64,000 nucleotides of DNA from an uncultured cyanobacterium (GCA_963793265.1 CAWBZI010000006.1:1039441-1103440); one strand, 5' to 3'. Shown: positions 13,865 through 24,047, numbered from the stretch's first letter. Numbers and translations: made by a program. Notes: a model not told the origin generated them from the sequence alone.

Positions 13865-14365
13865 TCAATCATATGTTTGGCACCTTTTCACGAGTTGCAC
13901 ATTCGCGATATGGCGATCGCAATCCAAATCCATTTTCACCGCTACAGCCTTCACCTGCTCAACATAGCTTTGTGGAAAATCTAGCTTCTCGCACCCTACA
14001 ACGACCAAATCTCTATACCAAGAAAACGGCACTAAAGCGTCGTCAATGTGCGTAGCTGCTGCGATATAAGTAATACTTTTGCCAAATCCATCAACGTCTA
14101 TCAGGGCTCTGTCGTATCCAGAACCCGCGCCTTCATGCCGATCGAGTAAGGTCATCTCGGCTAATGGAATATTATAGACGGCAACGTAGATGCGATCGCC
14201 TTTCCGGCGAACAATATTGCATTTACCCGAAAAATCCGTGTAGCCGCGCTTATGAAAACGCAATGACATATCATTGATCATCGCCGTGCCCAAAAGCCGA
14301 GCTGTCGGCGTCCTTTGCTGCATACGAACCGGATGAAGATTAGAGCCATAGGCGGCATAAAGCAT
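13865..14365 (-). CDS. Gamma-glutamylcyclotransferase-family (AIG2-like) protein
   Basis: YAAYGSNL and LDRHEG motifs; start reassigned to ATG 14365 so it does not overlap the next gene. Confidence 0.85.
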   Translation of the reverse strand: MLYAAYGSNLHPVRMQQRTPTARLLGTAMINDMSLRFHKRGYTDFSGKCNIVRRKGDRIYVAVYNIPLAEMTLLDRHEGAGSGYDRALIDVDGFGKSITYIAAATHIDDALVPFSWYRDLVVVGCEKLDFPQSYVEQVKAVAVKMDLDCDRHIANVQLVKRCQTYD

Positions 14366-14384
14366 AATCGTCAGAGGTAGAAGA

Positions 14385-15854
14385 ATGAGAGACTTCAGTA
14401 GGAAGCTGGTTGCATTATCAACGCTAGGTTTGGTTTGGGGCTGTGCGGAGCCGCTGACTAGAGAACTATCAGCTCCCAATAAGTTAGATGCCAGCACTCA
14501 GAAAGCTGTAGAACCGCCACCTTTTGATGGCAATAGCTTAACGGTTCCACTAAGCCTACCGGCTGAGTTTACGGGTAAGGGGGGTCTGATTGCAGCGGAT
14601 GTCACTGGCTCTGGTCAGATGGAAATTGTCATTACGCAGCCTAACTATATTGCGGCTTATAGCCCAGTAGATGGGAAGCTATGGGAACAAACGGTCAACA
14701 TTTGGCTAAGCGATAATGCTAACGGTGAAGGGTTACCAGGGCCTAACGGGCCAGGCATTCAGGCAGGCGATATCGATAATGACGGGGTTGTCGAAATTCT
14801 TTATATCACGCCAGAAAACAAACTCGAAGTTTTATCAGGCAAGTCAGGTGAGCTGAAGTATCAGGTGGAATTGCCAAGGGTTGATTCAGCTTTTGGCCGC
14901 TGGGAACAGGCCGTGATTGCTAGTTTTTCGGGCGCAGGCGATCGCGATCTGTTACTTCAGGCGAGCCAAGCGACCGATAGAGAAGATTATTTTCGCGACA
15001 ATATTCAGGCCGCATTTAAGATAGAAGATCTGTTATCGACAGGGGCAGCTACTGATGCTATGTGGCGAAACAACAGCTTTGTTTCGCTCGCTCACGGCGC
15101 AGCTAAAGTGGCTGATATTAATGGTGACGGTAGAGATGAAGTGATAGGAGCAACCATTCTAGGCGCGGACGGGCGAGAGCGGCACCGAGTTGATATTGAA
15201 AATACGGCCTATCCTCATATTGATTCGATTGCGATAGGAGATATCGTGCCTGATAGAGCTGGGCTAGAAGTGGTGATTCCTGAAGAGAACCGCAACAAGC
15301 GCATTTTTTTGTTTGATGAGAAGGAGACAATCTGGGTATCGCTGCACCGTCAAACCTCGCCTGATGACGATGGCGATAAGGTGGCTATTGGAGATTTTGA
15401 CCCTGAGAGTCCTGGGTTAGAAATGTGGTTTAGAGGAAATGACTCCGCGCACTTTACAGTGCTTGATGCTGAGGGCGAAGTGATTGCAGACTATGCTTTT
15501 AGCGATCGCAAACCTGAAAACTGGACAGAGAAGGGGTTTGAAATTATCCACCGGATTCGCTGGAGCGGCGAGGCAAAAGACTATATTGCGGCTAAAGAGC
15601 GCCACGAAGCAGGCGATATTGGCATATTTGATGCCATCACAGGCGATATTGTTGTCCAACTGCCCGCCCGCGCACAGCGTTTGTATGTGGCAGATATTTT
15701 AGGAGACTGGCGCGAGGAGATTGTTGTTTTAGAAAACAATCAAATGAGAATATACGAAAATACTCAGCCCAATCCGAATCCCGATCGTCCTCGCTTATGG
15801 GAACAGGCACACTACCGTCGTCAAAAAATGACTTGGGATTACTACAGTCCTTAG
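14385..15854 (+). CDS. Lipoprotein with FG-GAP/DxDGDG repeats, similar to PL11 rhamnogalacturonan lyase beta-propellers
   Basis: Lipobox LVWGC; GDIDNDG, ADINGDGRDEV, GDFDPESPGLE, ADILGDWREEIV. Confidence 0.7.
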   Translation: MRDFSRKLVALSTLGLVWGCAEPLTRELSAPNKLDASTQKAVEPPPFDGNSLTVPLSLPAEFTGKGGLIAADVTGSGQMEIVITQPNYIAAYSPVDGKLWEQTVNIWLSDNANGEGLPGPNGPGIQAGDIDNDGVVEILYITPENKLEVLSGKSGELKYQVELPRVDSAFGRWEQAVIASFSGAGDRDLLLQASQATDREDYFRDNIQAAFKIEDLLSTGAATDAMWRNNSFVSLAHGAAKVADINGDGRDEVIGATILGADGRERHRVDIENTAYPHIDSIAIGDIVPDRAGLEVVIPEENRNKRIFLFDEKETIWVSLHRQTSPDDDGDKVAIGDFDPESPGLEMWFRGNDSAHFTVLDAEGEVIADYAFSDRKPENWTEKGFEIIHRIRWSGEAKDYIAAKERHEAGDIGIFDAITGDIVVQLPARAQRLYVADILGDWREEIVVLENNQMRIYENTQPNPNPDRPRLWEQAHYRRQKMTWDYYSP

Positions 15855-15875
15855 TTTTGCAAGCCAGCCTGAAAG

Positions 15876-16799
15876 TTAGTCGAGAAATGAGCTATCGGTG
15901 CTTTTATCTTGTAAAACGCTGTAGATATCGATTTCTAATGAGATTTGGTAGATGTCGCGTTTAGACAGATCTGTGCGCTGAGCGAGCTGCCGACTTGCCT
16001 CGGAACGAGAGAGTCCTTGGGCTATTAAGTTTTGAAGTTCAGTGACGATTTCGGCTTCAGTTAAAGGCGTTTGCGTTTGGGGAGTAGGAGCGACCACAAC
16101 TGTAAATTCCCCTTTAGGCACCACCTTCTCATAGTGCACCAGCGCTTCTGCTATCGTCCCACGCCAAAACTCCTCATACCGCTTAGTCAGCTCCCTTGCT
16201 AGTGCTACCGGGCGATCGTCTCCCAAAACTTCGCCTAAATCAGTGAGCGTTTTGACAATTCGATGTGGGCTCTCGTAAAGAATAGCGGTACGAGGTTCTG
16301 CTTTAAGCGCCTCTATTTGAGCCTTGCGAGCTTTGCCTTTTACCGGCAAGAAGCCTTCAAAAACAAAGCGATCACTCGGTAATCCCGCTGCTGCGATCGC
16401 CGCAATCACCGCCGTTGGCCCAGGAATAGGAACCACCGTGACATTGGCCTCAATGCAGGCGCAGACCAGTTCGTAGCCAGGATCAGAAATGCCAGGCATT
16501 CCCGCATCGGTGACTAGCGCGATCGCTTCCCCTCGTATTAACCGCGCAATAAGCTGCGGGATTCGCTGCTGCCGGTTGTGATCGTGATAGCTAATCTGCG
16601 GTGTTGTAATCTGAAAATGTTGCAGCAGCTTTCCGGTATGGCGCGTGTCTTCAGCCGCGATGATGTCCGCGCTCTTGAGCACCCGAACAGCCCGAAAGGT
16701 CATATCTTCTAAATTGCCAATCGGGGTGCCCACTAAGTAAAGTGTGCCGGGGTCAAGAGTGCGGCTATCGGCGCTATCGGCGGGCTCAAAATCTGTCAC
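15876..16799 (-). CDS. rsmI: 16S rRNA (cytidine1402-2'-O)-methyltransferase
   Basis: LYLVGTPIGNLEDMT, AAEDTRHT, DAGMPGISDPG, YESPHR, RELTK. Confidence 0.97.
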   Translation of the reverse strand: MTDFEPADSADSRTLDPGTLYLVGTPIGNLEDMTFRAVRVLKSADIIAAEDTRHTGKLLQHFQITTPQISYHDHNRQQRIPQLIARLIRGEAIALVTDAGMPGISDPGYELVCACIEANVTVVPIPGPTAVIAAIAAAGLPSDRFVFEGFLPVKGKARKAQIEALKAEPRTAILYESPHRIVKTLTDLGEVLGDDRPVALARELTKRYEEFWRGTIAEALVHYEKVVPKGEFTVVVAPTPQTQTPLTEAEIVTELQNLIAQGLSRSEASRQLAQRTDLSKRDIYQISLEIDIYSVLQDKSTDSSFLD

Positions 16800-16878
16800 A
16801 AAGTAGGGCCAAAATAAGCTTTATAGTGATCCTACCGCAGCGTAGCGACTCTCAATATTTCATAGGAGCCCAGACCAG

Positions 16879-17808
16879 ATGGCGAATAAGCGAGGACTCT
16901 TTGTCGGCATGACAACCCTTGACTGCCTTTATCAGGCTGAGCGATCGCCCGCCGCTGATGAAAAAATCGTAGCCACCAAAAGTCTTTTAGTCTCAGGCGG
17001 GCCTGCAACCAATGCGGCAGTCGCCTTCGCTCAGCTCGGCGGTTCACAAGGAAATGACGCCGTTCTACTCTCTGTATTAGGCGAACATCCGCTCACAGCG
17101 TTGCTTAAAGAAGATTTGCAAGAGTACGGGGTTACCATCGCAGATCTCAATCCCGAACGGCTATCGCCGCCGCCAGTATCTTCGATTGTCGTGACGCAAG
17201 CGACCGGAGAGCGGGCAGTGGTCGCAACGAATGCGGTGGATCTGCAAGTAGAGTCAGATGAGATGTTATCTACTATTTCTATCGATATTTTGGCTGATGC
17301 AAATGTCGTATTAATTGACGGGCATCAGATGGCGGTGGGGAGGCAAGTCGCGCAGTGGGCAAAGGCAAAACAAATTCCAGTGGTGGTAGATGCCGGAAGC
17401 TGGAAGCCTGATTTTGAGACGGTGCTAGGGCTAGCAGATGTGGTTGTGGCATCTGCAAACTTTTTCCCGCCGGGCTGTGCGAATGCCGATGAAGTCTTTG
17501 CCTATCTAGAAGGGTTAGGCGTCGCGCAGATAGCCATTACGCAGGGGGCAGATCCGATTCTATTTTGGGAGGGCGGTGAGCTAGGCAAAATCGAGGTGCC
17601 TAAAATTCGAGCGGTGGATACGCTGGGAGCTGGTGATATTTTTCATGGGGCGTTTTGTCACTTTTATGTAAGCCATCTGTTTGAAGAAACGCTGCTAAAG
17701 GCTAGTCGAAGCGCATCTTTTGCCTGTCAGTATTGGGGCACGCGCGACTGGACAAAAATTTATCGAATGACCGATGAGGATGAAGCCGATGAAACGATAG
17801 AGGGCTAG
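16879..17808 (+). CDS. PfkB-family carbohydrate kinase
   Basis: GGPATNAAV and VDTLGAGDIFHGAF signatures. Confidence 0.92.
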   Translation: MANKRGLFVGMTTLDCLYQAERSPAADEKIVATKSLLVSGGPATNAAVAFAQLGGSQGNDAVLLSVLGEHPLTALLKEDLQEYGVTIADLNPERLSPPPVSSIVVTQATGERAVVATNAVDLQVESDEMLSTISIDILADANVVLIDGHQMAVGRQVAQWAKAKQIPVVVDAGSWKPDFETVLGLADVVVASANFFPPGCANADEVFAYLEGLGVAQIAITQGADPILFWEGGELGKIEVPKIRAVDTLGAGDIFHGAFCHFYVSHLFEETLLKASRSASFACQYWGTRDWTKIYRMTDEDEADETIEG

Positions 17809-17948
17809 CGTCCTGAATTAAGTGGACTTGACCGGTAGACTAAGAAAGTTTGATATGACCTGCCTAGATGGGCAGTCTATCGTGGAGTGTGCTCCATTAA
17901 GGCATTCAATTAAAGCGTTTAATTTGTATCGTTAGGGTTAGAGTTTTT

Positions 17949-18924
17949 ATGGCGTTTGAGAAGGAAAAAGAAGTGGCGATCGCGGCAGCTATCAATGCGG
18001 CCACCATCTGCGAGCAAGTGCGCAAAACCATGGTGCCAGAAGCGATTGAAAAAAAGGACAAAAGCCCGGTAACGGTCGCTGACTTCGGCGCTCAAGCAGT
18101 GGTGTGCAAATCACTTGCAGAAGCCTTTCCAAACGATCCGGTCGTCGGTGAAGAAGACGCAGGCGAGCTAAAAACGCCCGAAATGGCCGCCCGATTGCAG
18201 CAGGTGACAGACTACGTAAAGCAGGTCGCACCCGATGCAACCCCAGAGCTTGTAACGAAATGGATCGATCATGGTAACGGCAAGGTCGCTAGCCGGTATT
18301 GGACACTCGATCCGATTGATGGTACCAAAGGCTTTTTGCGCAAAGACCAGTACGCCGTGGCTTTAGCGATGGTTGCTGATGGCGAAATTAAAGTAGGCGT
18401 GTTGGCCTGTCCGGCGCTAACGCTTGAGCTAAAAAGTGGCGCGGTCACCGGCATTTTGTTTGTCGCGGTGCGCGGTGAAGGCGCGACAATGCAGGCGATT
18501 GACGGCGGTAGACCAGCAGGCAATTAAGGTAACTAGCTCTAGTGATACCGAGCACTTCCGCTTTGTTGAGAGCGTAGAGTCTGGGCATGGCGACCAAAGT
18601 TTGCAAAGTGCGATCGCTCAGGCCGCAGGCGTCACCACCGAATCAATGCGAATGGACTCTCAGGCCAAATACGGCGCAGTCGCCTCAGGCAACGCCGTTC
18701 TATATTTGCGCCTGCCCTCTCCCAAGTATCCCGGCTACCAGGAGAAAATCTGGGATCATGCAGCAGGCGTGATTGTTGTAGAAGAAGCCGGGGGCCGAGT
18801 AACCGATATGCACGGCAAAACCTTGGACTTTTCTAAAGCCGATCGGCTAGAAACAACAGGCGTTGTCGTCAGCAACGGCGAAATTCATAACAAGGTTCTA
18901 GCGGCACTTAGCAAGGAGGGCTAA
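17949..18924 (+). pseudogene. 3'(2'),5'-bisphosphate nucleotidase (HAL2/CysQ, inositol monophosphatase family), split by a single frameshift at ~18515 (real or sequencing error)
   Basis: First ORF has SPVTVADF, GEE, WTLDPIDGTKGF; second ORF has MDSQAKY, EKIWDHAAG, EEAGGRVTD; joined product ~324 aa. Confidence 0.85.
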
Positions 18925-19016
18925 GCGTAGTTCCCAGGAGCTAAGTCTGTGGCGTTAAAGATTTTGCTCCCTCACTATCTACCGGCTTGTGACTTGCTGA
19001 CTTGCCGCGCGCCGAC

Positions 19017-20021
19017 TTACTTGTAGCTTGCAACCTTATCAGCAGGCAGACGAGACTGTATACTCTTCTCCTCATCTGATTGGGCAACTGGCACCCTAGC
19101 ACCCAGTCCTGGCAGCAATTTCTTAGCCATGTCAGGGCTTTCTTCTAACAGAAATTGCAAGAACGTTTCGGCTACAACAGAAAGCTGTTTACCTGCTAAA
19201 TTAGCCACGTACCAGTGCCGCTCAATCGGAAATCCCTGCACGTCTAAAATGGCAAATTCTCCGGTGGTGCCTTCAGAGATAATCGTGTGCTGAGAGAGCA
19301 CAGAAATACCGAGGCCGCCTGCGATCGCCTGCTTGATGGCCTCATTACTACCCAGCTCCAAACGCACCCTTACCTTAATATCTTTCTCGTCAAACAGCTT
19401 CTCTACCGCCGTTCGCGTCCCCGAACCCGGCTCACGCATAATAAAAGACTCATTATTAAGCGCCTCAATCGGAATATTCTTTTCCTGAGCCAGCGGATGA
19501 CTGGTCGGGGCAATCACCACCAGCGGATTTTCTAAAAAGGGATGCACGGCCAAATCAGGCTGGCTCGGCGCTTGGCTAATAATGTACAGGTCGTCCTCGT
19601 TGGTAGACATGCTCTCTTGAATCAGCTTGTGATTCGTCACCTTTAGCGAGATGTCAATGCCAGGAAAGCGCTTACAAAAAGGCCCTAATAGCCTTGGCAC
19701 AAAATACTTAGCTGTTGTAATCACAGCCAGCTTCAGCTTGCCTTGCTTCATTCCCTTAAGATCGGCTACTGACATTTCAAACTGCTCAAGTCCCTGAAAA
19801 ATCTCCTGGCAGGTCGCCAGCAGCTTTTGCCCCGCTTCCGTCAAATACAGCCGCTTCCCAACTTGCTCAAACAAGGGTAGGCCGACTGCTTTTGTAAGCT
19901 GCTTCACCTGAATAGAAACGGTTGGCTGTGTCAGATACAACTCCTCCGCAGCGCGAGTAAAGCTCCCATGGCGAGCTGTCGCTTCAAAAACTTTCAACTG
20001 ATGGAGCGTTGCATGAATCAC
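19017..20021 (-). CDS. ndhR: LysR-family Ci-responsive repressor NdhR/CcmR
   Basis: HATLHQLKVFEATARHGSFTRAAEEL..., MREPGSGTR, ELGSNEAIKQAIAGG, WYVANLAGKQLSV closely match the recalled NdhR sequence; GTG start at 20021 chosen; the paralogue CmpR is not excluded. Confidence 0.8.
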   Translation of the reverse strand: MIHATLHQLKVFEATARHGSFTRAAEELYLTQPTVSIQVKQLTKAVGLPLFEQVGKRLYLTEAGQKLLATCQEIFQGLEQFEMSVADLKGMKQGKLKLAVITTAKYFVPRLLGPFCKRFPGIDISLKVTNHKLIQESMSTNEDDLYIISQAPSQPDLAVHPFLENPLVVIAPTSHPLAQEKNIPIEALNNESFIMREPGSGTRTAVEKLFDEKDIKVRVRLELGSNEAIKQAIAGGLGISVLSQHTIISEGTTGEFAILDVQGFPIERHWYVANLAGKQLSVVAETFLQFLLEESPDMAKKLLPGLGARVPVAQSDEEKSIQSRLPADKVASYK

Positions 20022-20109
20022 AGGAAAACTACCTCTTAATATGACGCTAGCAGGATAAACGTTGCGACGACTAGAAACGCTATCTAGACTAAAAAGCCTA
20101 GATTCATCC

Positions 20110-20125
20110 ATAGACAAGAGTCTAT
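20110..20125. promoter_or_regulatory. Candidate NdhR autoregulatory operator (ATAG-N8-CTAT)
   Basis: ATAG-ACAAGAGT-CTAT, ~90 nt upstream of the ndhR start. Confidence 0.7.
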
Positions 20126-20260
20126 CAGAGAATCAAATGATATGGGATATTTCTATGCAAGCTACCATTCAAAGGCATCTAATTCGTTATAAACCAGATG
20201 CCTATATCTGGTAAGTAGTATTTTGAACAAAGATGTCTGCGGTCATTTCCAAGGTGATTA

Positions 20261-21250
20261 ATGCCGATTTATTTCTTCTGGGGTGCTGATGAGTTTCGTC
20301 TAAAAAAGGCGGTGACCACGCTGCGCGATCGCACCCTTGATCCTGACTGGGCCAGCTTCAACTACGACCGCCTCCCGCCAGAGCTATCCGATGCCCCTAT
20401 GCAGGCACTTAACCAGGCCATGACGCCACCTTTTGGCATTGGCAAGCGGCTCGTGTGGCTGGCAGATACCACCCTGGGCCAGCGCTGCTCTGAGGAGGTT
20501 ATGACTGAAATGGAACGGACGCTGCCGCTGGTGCCAGAGACGACTGTGCTGCTGCTGACTAGCGAAACTAAGCCAGACGGACGGCTTAAGTCTACTAAGC
20601 TGCTGAAGAAATATGCAGAGGTGCGGGAGTTTGCAGCGATCGCCCCCTGGCAAACCGATCAAATGATCGATCAGGTCAAACGGGTCGCCCAGGAAATGAA
20701 CCTGCGAATCAAGCCTCAGTCGGCGGCACTACTCGCTGAAGCCGTTGGTGCTAACACCCGTAGACTCTACAACGAAGTCGAAAAGCTCAGCCTGTATTGG
20801 AGCAAAAACGGCAAAATAAAAACAGAGCCTTTGCCGCCAGAGGTAATCACGCAGCTCGTTACAGTAAGCACCCAAACCAGCTTTCAGCTTTCAGAAGCAC
20901 TCGTCGCCGGAAGAACAGATCAGGCACTCAGCCTAGCGAGCGACCTATTAGCAAACAATGAGCCAGCGCTGAAGGTCGTTGCGACTCTAGTTGGGCAGTT
21001 TCGGAAATGGCTTTGGGTCGCTTTGATGGCCGCTGAGGGCGAGCGAGATACGAGGGCGATCGCTAAAGCTGCCGAAATCAACAATCCCAAACGCGTCTAC
21101 ATCCTGCAAAAGCAAATACGCGGCTGCTCTCCTAATCAGCTTCGCAAAGCCTTGGCCCTCCTGCTCGATCTCGAATTTAAGCTTAAACGCGGCGCGCCCG
21201 ACGAGATCACACTACAAACCAAAGTCATCGAAATTGCCAGTTGTTTTTAG
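20261..21250 (+). CDS. holA: DNA polymerase III delta subunit
   Basis: MPIYFFWGADEF, AMTPPFG, KPDGRLKSTK, NPKRVY. Confidence 0.93.
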   Translation: MPIYFFWGADEFRLKKAVTTLRDRTLDPDWASFNYDRLPPELSDAPMQALNQAMTPPFGIGKRLVWLADTTLGQRCSEEVMTEMERTLPLVPETTVLLLTSETKPDGRLKSTKLLKKYAEVREFAAIAPWQTDQMIDQVKRVAQEMNLRIKPQSAALLAEAVGANTRRLYNEVEKLSLYWSKNGKIKTEPLPPEVITQLVTVSTQTSFQLSEALVAGRTDQALSLASDLLANNEPALKVVATLVGQFRKWLWVALMAAEGERDTRAIAKAAEINNPKRVYILQKQIRGCSPNQLRKALALLLDLEFKLKRGAPDEITLQTKVIEIASCF

Positions 21251-21409
21251 ATCTGCGCTTGTAGCGATCGCGCCCCCTAAAATCTCACGGCGTCCGAAAC
21301 AACAAACACTTGACGACAATGGGACACCCCTCCTCTAGAATATGCAGATGAATCACGCACTAAAGCGTCTAAACCATCTGTATATATTGAGGGGTTCAGA
21401 TTAATCGTC

Positions 21410-21877
21410 ATGGCTTTCAAAACGCATCGTCATCTTGCCTGGCTAGCGATAGCCGCTGGTACGCTAACGTTCACCCAGTTTGGAGCAGTCATCACCCAAG
21501 CGCTGTTTTCCCCAGCTCACGCCCAAGAAATTACCGAAACAGATGTAGCAAACTATGCCAACGCCGTTTTTGACATTGAAGTGCTGAGAATAGCGGCTTA
21601 TGACGCTGCTGATCAGACGCTTATTACAGCCGGTAGCGAAGTTGGCGTATCAGAAACGCCCTTGAGCTGCACCGCCAGCGATATGTCAGACATGCCCGAT
21701 ATGGCTAAGCCCGATCAGGTGAGCTTGCGCACGGTGCTCGTTGAGTTTTGCAATGAGGCCAGCGACGCGGTGAGGGCAAATAGCCTAACGCCCCAAGAAT
21801 TTAACGCTATTACAGCCGCGCATCAGGCAGATCCGGCACTTGCTGAGCAGATTCAGGCAGTGCTTAGCGACCTGTAG
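21410..21877 (+). CDS. DUF4168-like secreted protein
   Basis: Signal peptide ending AHA-Q; EITETDVANYANAV..IE, LTPQEFNAIT...DPAL. Confidence 0.7.
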   Translation: MAFKTHRHLAWLAIAAGTLTFTQFGAVITQALFSPAHAQEITETDVANYANAVFDIEVLRIAAYDAADQTLITAGSEVGVSETPLSCTASDMSDMPDMAKPDQVSLRTVLVEFCNEASDAVRANSLTPQEFNAITAAHQADPALAEQIQAVLSDL

Positions 21878-21960
21878 AGGCGGTTAGCGCTACAATTGCG
21901 TACTGAGCGCTTCTATTGACCTTTTCTCTGCTGACCTTTTTACCTGCTGACCTTCTTACT

Positions 21961-23028
21961 ATGCAATTTATTGACCAGGCCGAAATTGAAGTAGAAGGTG
22001 GCACAGGTGGCGACGGCATGACCTCCTTTCGGCGGGAAAAGTACGTCCCAGCCGGAGGCCCGTCTGGCGGCACAGGTGGCAACGGCGGCTCAGTAGTATT
22101 AGAAGCCAACAGCAATTTACAAACCCTTCTAGACTTTCGCTACAAGCACCGCTTCCGCGCACCAGATGGCGAAAAGGGCGGCTCTAAAAATAAGACGGGT
22201 GCCACAGGTGAGGACTTGCTAATCGAAGTTCCCTGCGGCACTTTGGTATACAACCTGGAAACAGACGCAGTGATGGGAGACTTGACCGAGCCTGGTCAGC
22301 AGCTTGTAATCGCGCCGGGTGGTAAAGGCGGACTGGGTAACCGTCATTTTTTGAGCAACCGTAACCGTGCCCCTGAGCGATCGCAACCCGGCGCACCCGG
22401 CGCTATTCGCAGCGTCAAGCTAGAACTCAAGCTCTTAGCTGAAGTCGGCATCATCGGCCTACCCAACGCAGGCAAATCAACCCTGATCTCAACGCTCTCG
22501 TCTGCCAAACCCAAAATTGCCGACTATCCTTTTACTACGCTCATTCCCAACTTGGGCGTCGTTCGTAAGCCTACTGGCGACGGCACTTTATTTGCCGACA
22601 TTCCAGGACTCATTGAAGGCGCTCACGAGGGGCAGGGCTTAGGCCACGACTTCTTGCGCCACATTGAGCGCACGAAGCTACTGCTGCATTTAGTCGATGG
22701 CACCGCTGAAGATCCAGTTGCCGACTATCGCACTATTCAACAAGAGCTTATTGCCTACGGTCAGGGGTTAGCGAGCAAACCCCAGCTGCTCGCGATTAAT
22801 AAAATAGACGCTTTGCTCGAAGAGGAAGTCGATGAGATTGCAGCTCAGCTTGCACTGCTGACAGGGGAGAAAGTTTTTCGGATCTCGGCGGTTAGCCGTG
22901 AGGGTGAAGATGAATTGCTTAGAGCCGTGTGGAAGCTGTTGGATGAAACGAATGATGCGATCGCAACCGAAGCGGCCCGCACCGCCCAAGCCATCGTTGA
23001 ATTCAACACGCCTATTCTGCGTTCCTAA
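21961..23028 (+). CDS. obgE: GTPase ObgE/CgtA
   Basis: [42 protein letters not shown]. Confidence 0.98.
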   Translation: MQFIDQAEIEVEGGTGGDGMTSFRREKYVPAGGPSGGTGGNGGSVVLEANSNLQTLLDFRYKHRFRAPDGEKGGSKNKTGATGEDLLIEVPCGTLVYNLETDAVMGDLTEPGQQLVIAPGGKGGLGNRHFLSNRNRAPERSQPGAPGAIRSVKLELKLLAEVGIIGLPNAGKSTLISTLSSAKPKIADYPFTTLIPNLGVVRKPTGDGTLFADIPGLIEGAHEGQGLGHDFLRHIERTKLLLHLVDGTAEDPVADYRTIQQELIAYGQGLASKPQLLAINKIDALLEEEVDEIAAQLALLTGEKVFRISAVSREGEDELLRAVWKLLDETNDAIATEAARTAQAIVEFNTPILRS

Positions 23029-23049
23029 AAAGCTGGAAGCAAAGAGCCC

Positions 23050-23709
23050 TTAGACACCAATTTTCGGGCACACGTCAGCCAGCGGGCAGCTTTCACACTT
23101 CGGATACTGACCTTTGCAAATGTTCTTGCCAAAGGGCATCAGCAATCGGTTTGTATCAATCCAGTACTTCTCTGGCAGCTTTTCTTCAAGCGCCTTTGTC
23201 GTTTTCTCAGGCGTCTTAGTCGCAACATAGCCCCAGCGATTCATCACCCGATGCACGTGCACATCCACGCTGATATACGGCTGCTGGCAGGCAATGCCCA
23301 AAGCTAAATGAGCGCACTTAGGGCCGACGCCTTTGAAGCCAAGCAGTGTGGCCTCATCACAGGGAAGATTGCCGTTATGGTTTTGAATGATGTCTTGTGC
23401 GATCGCCAAAATCTGCCCCGCCTTTCGCTCAGCATAAGTACTCTTAGCAATCAGCTTCTCAATTTCTGCGACCGACAGCGCTGCCATCGCCTCCGGCGTA
23501 TTCGCCCGCGCAAATAATTGCCGAGACACTGGCAAGCTTACTTCGTCATAGGTACGGATCGAGATAATGCACGAAACCAACTGCTCAAATGCAGACGTAT
23601 AGCCTTCTTCGGCAAGCTGGAACATCGCTGCGCGCGGATACGACTGCATGACATCAGCTAAGCGAGCGAACGCAGTTTCAATCGTCTTAAGGTCAAGAGG
23701 AGAAGGCAT
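23050..23709 (-). CDS. nth: Endonuclease III (HhH-GPD glycosylase with 4Fe-4S cluster)
   Basis: FKGVGPKCA HhH, VDVHVHR, C-x6-C-x2-C-x5-C. Confidence 0.9.
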   Translation of the reverse strand: MPSPLDLKTIETAFARLADVMQSYPRAAMFQLAEEGYTSAFEQLVSCIISIRTYDEVSLPVSRQLFARANTPEAMAALSVAEIEKLIAKSTYAERKAGQILAIAQDIIQNHNGNLPCDEATLLGFKGVGPKCAHLALGIACQQPYISVDVHVHRVMNRWGYVATKTPEKTTKALEEKLPEKYWIDTNRLLMPFGKNICKGQYPKCESCPLADVCPKIGV

Positions 23710-23839
23710 GGTAAGGGGAATTTATAGCCCTTCCAGCCTAAATAAATTTACCGCAGCAAGCATCGCTCTAAGAGTTCATTTAAACCCTTGCCCACCCAGG
23801 CGCATCGTATGCTACATTTTATAAGCCGTAGATGGTTGT

Positions 23840-23924
23840 GGGTCAGTGCCCGAGTGGTTAATGGGGGTGGACTGTAAATCCACTAGCTATGCTTACGCTG
23901 GTTCGAATCCAGCCTGGCCCACCA
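23840..23924 (+). tRNA. trnY: tRNA-Tyr (GTA), CCA encoded
   Basis: GGGTCAG/CTGGCCC acceptor stem, GTGGA-CTGTAAA-TCCAC anticodon arm, long variable arm, GTTCGAATC. Confidence 0.96.
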
Positions 23925-23975
23925 TCTACTGCACGCTCCTAGTTTTCATTTCATAACCAGGAACTTCGTAGTTTT

Positions 23976-24047
23976 GCCCATGTGGCTCAGTGGTAGAGCA
24001 CACCCTTGGTAAGGGTGAGGTCACGAGTTCAATCCTCGTCATGGGCT
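23976..24047 (+). tRNA. trnT: tRNA-Thr (GGT)
   Basis: GCCCATG/CATGGGC acceptor stem, CACCC-TTGGTAA-GGGTG, GTTCAATC. Confidence 0.96.

Noticed and set aside
13865..15854. Recently acquired genomic island
   Set aside because: HIP1 sites occur within both genes (e.g. ~13913, ~14192, ~14938, ~15502), and no mobility genes or flanking direct repeats were seen; at most an old, ameliorated insertion.
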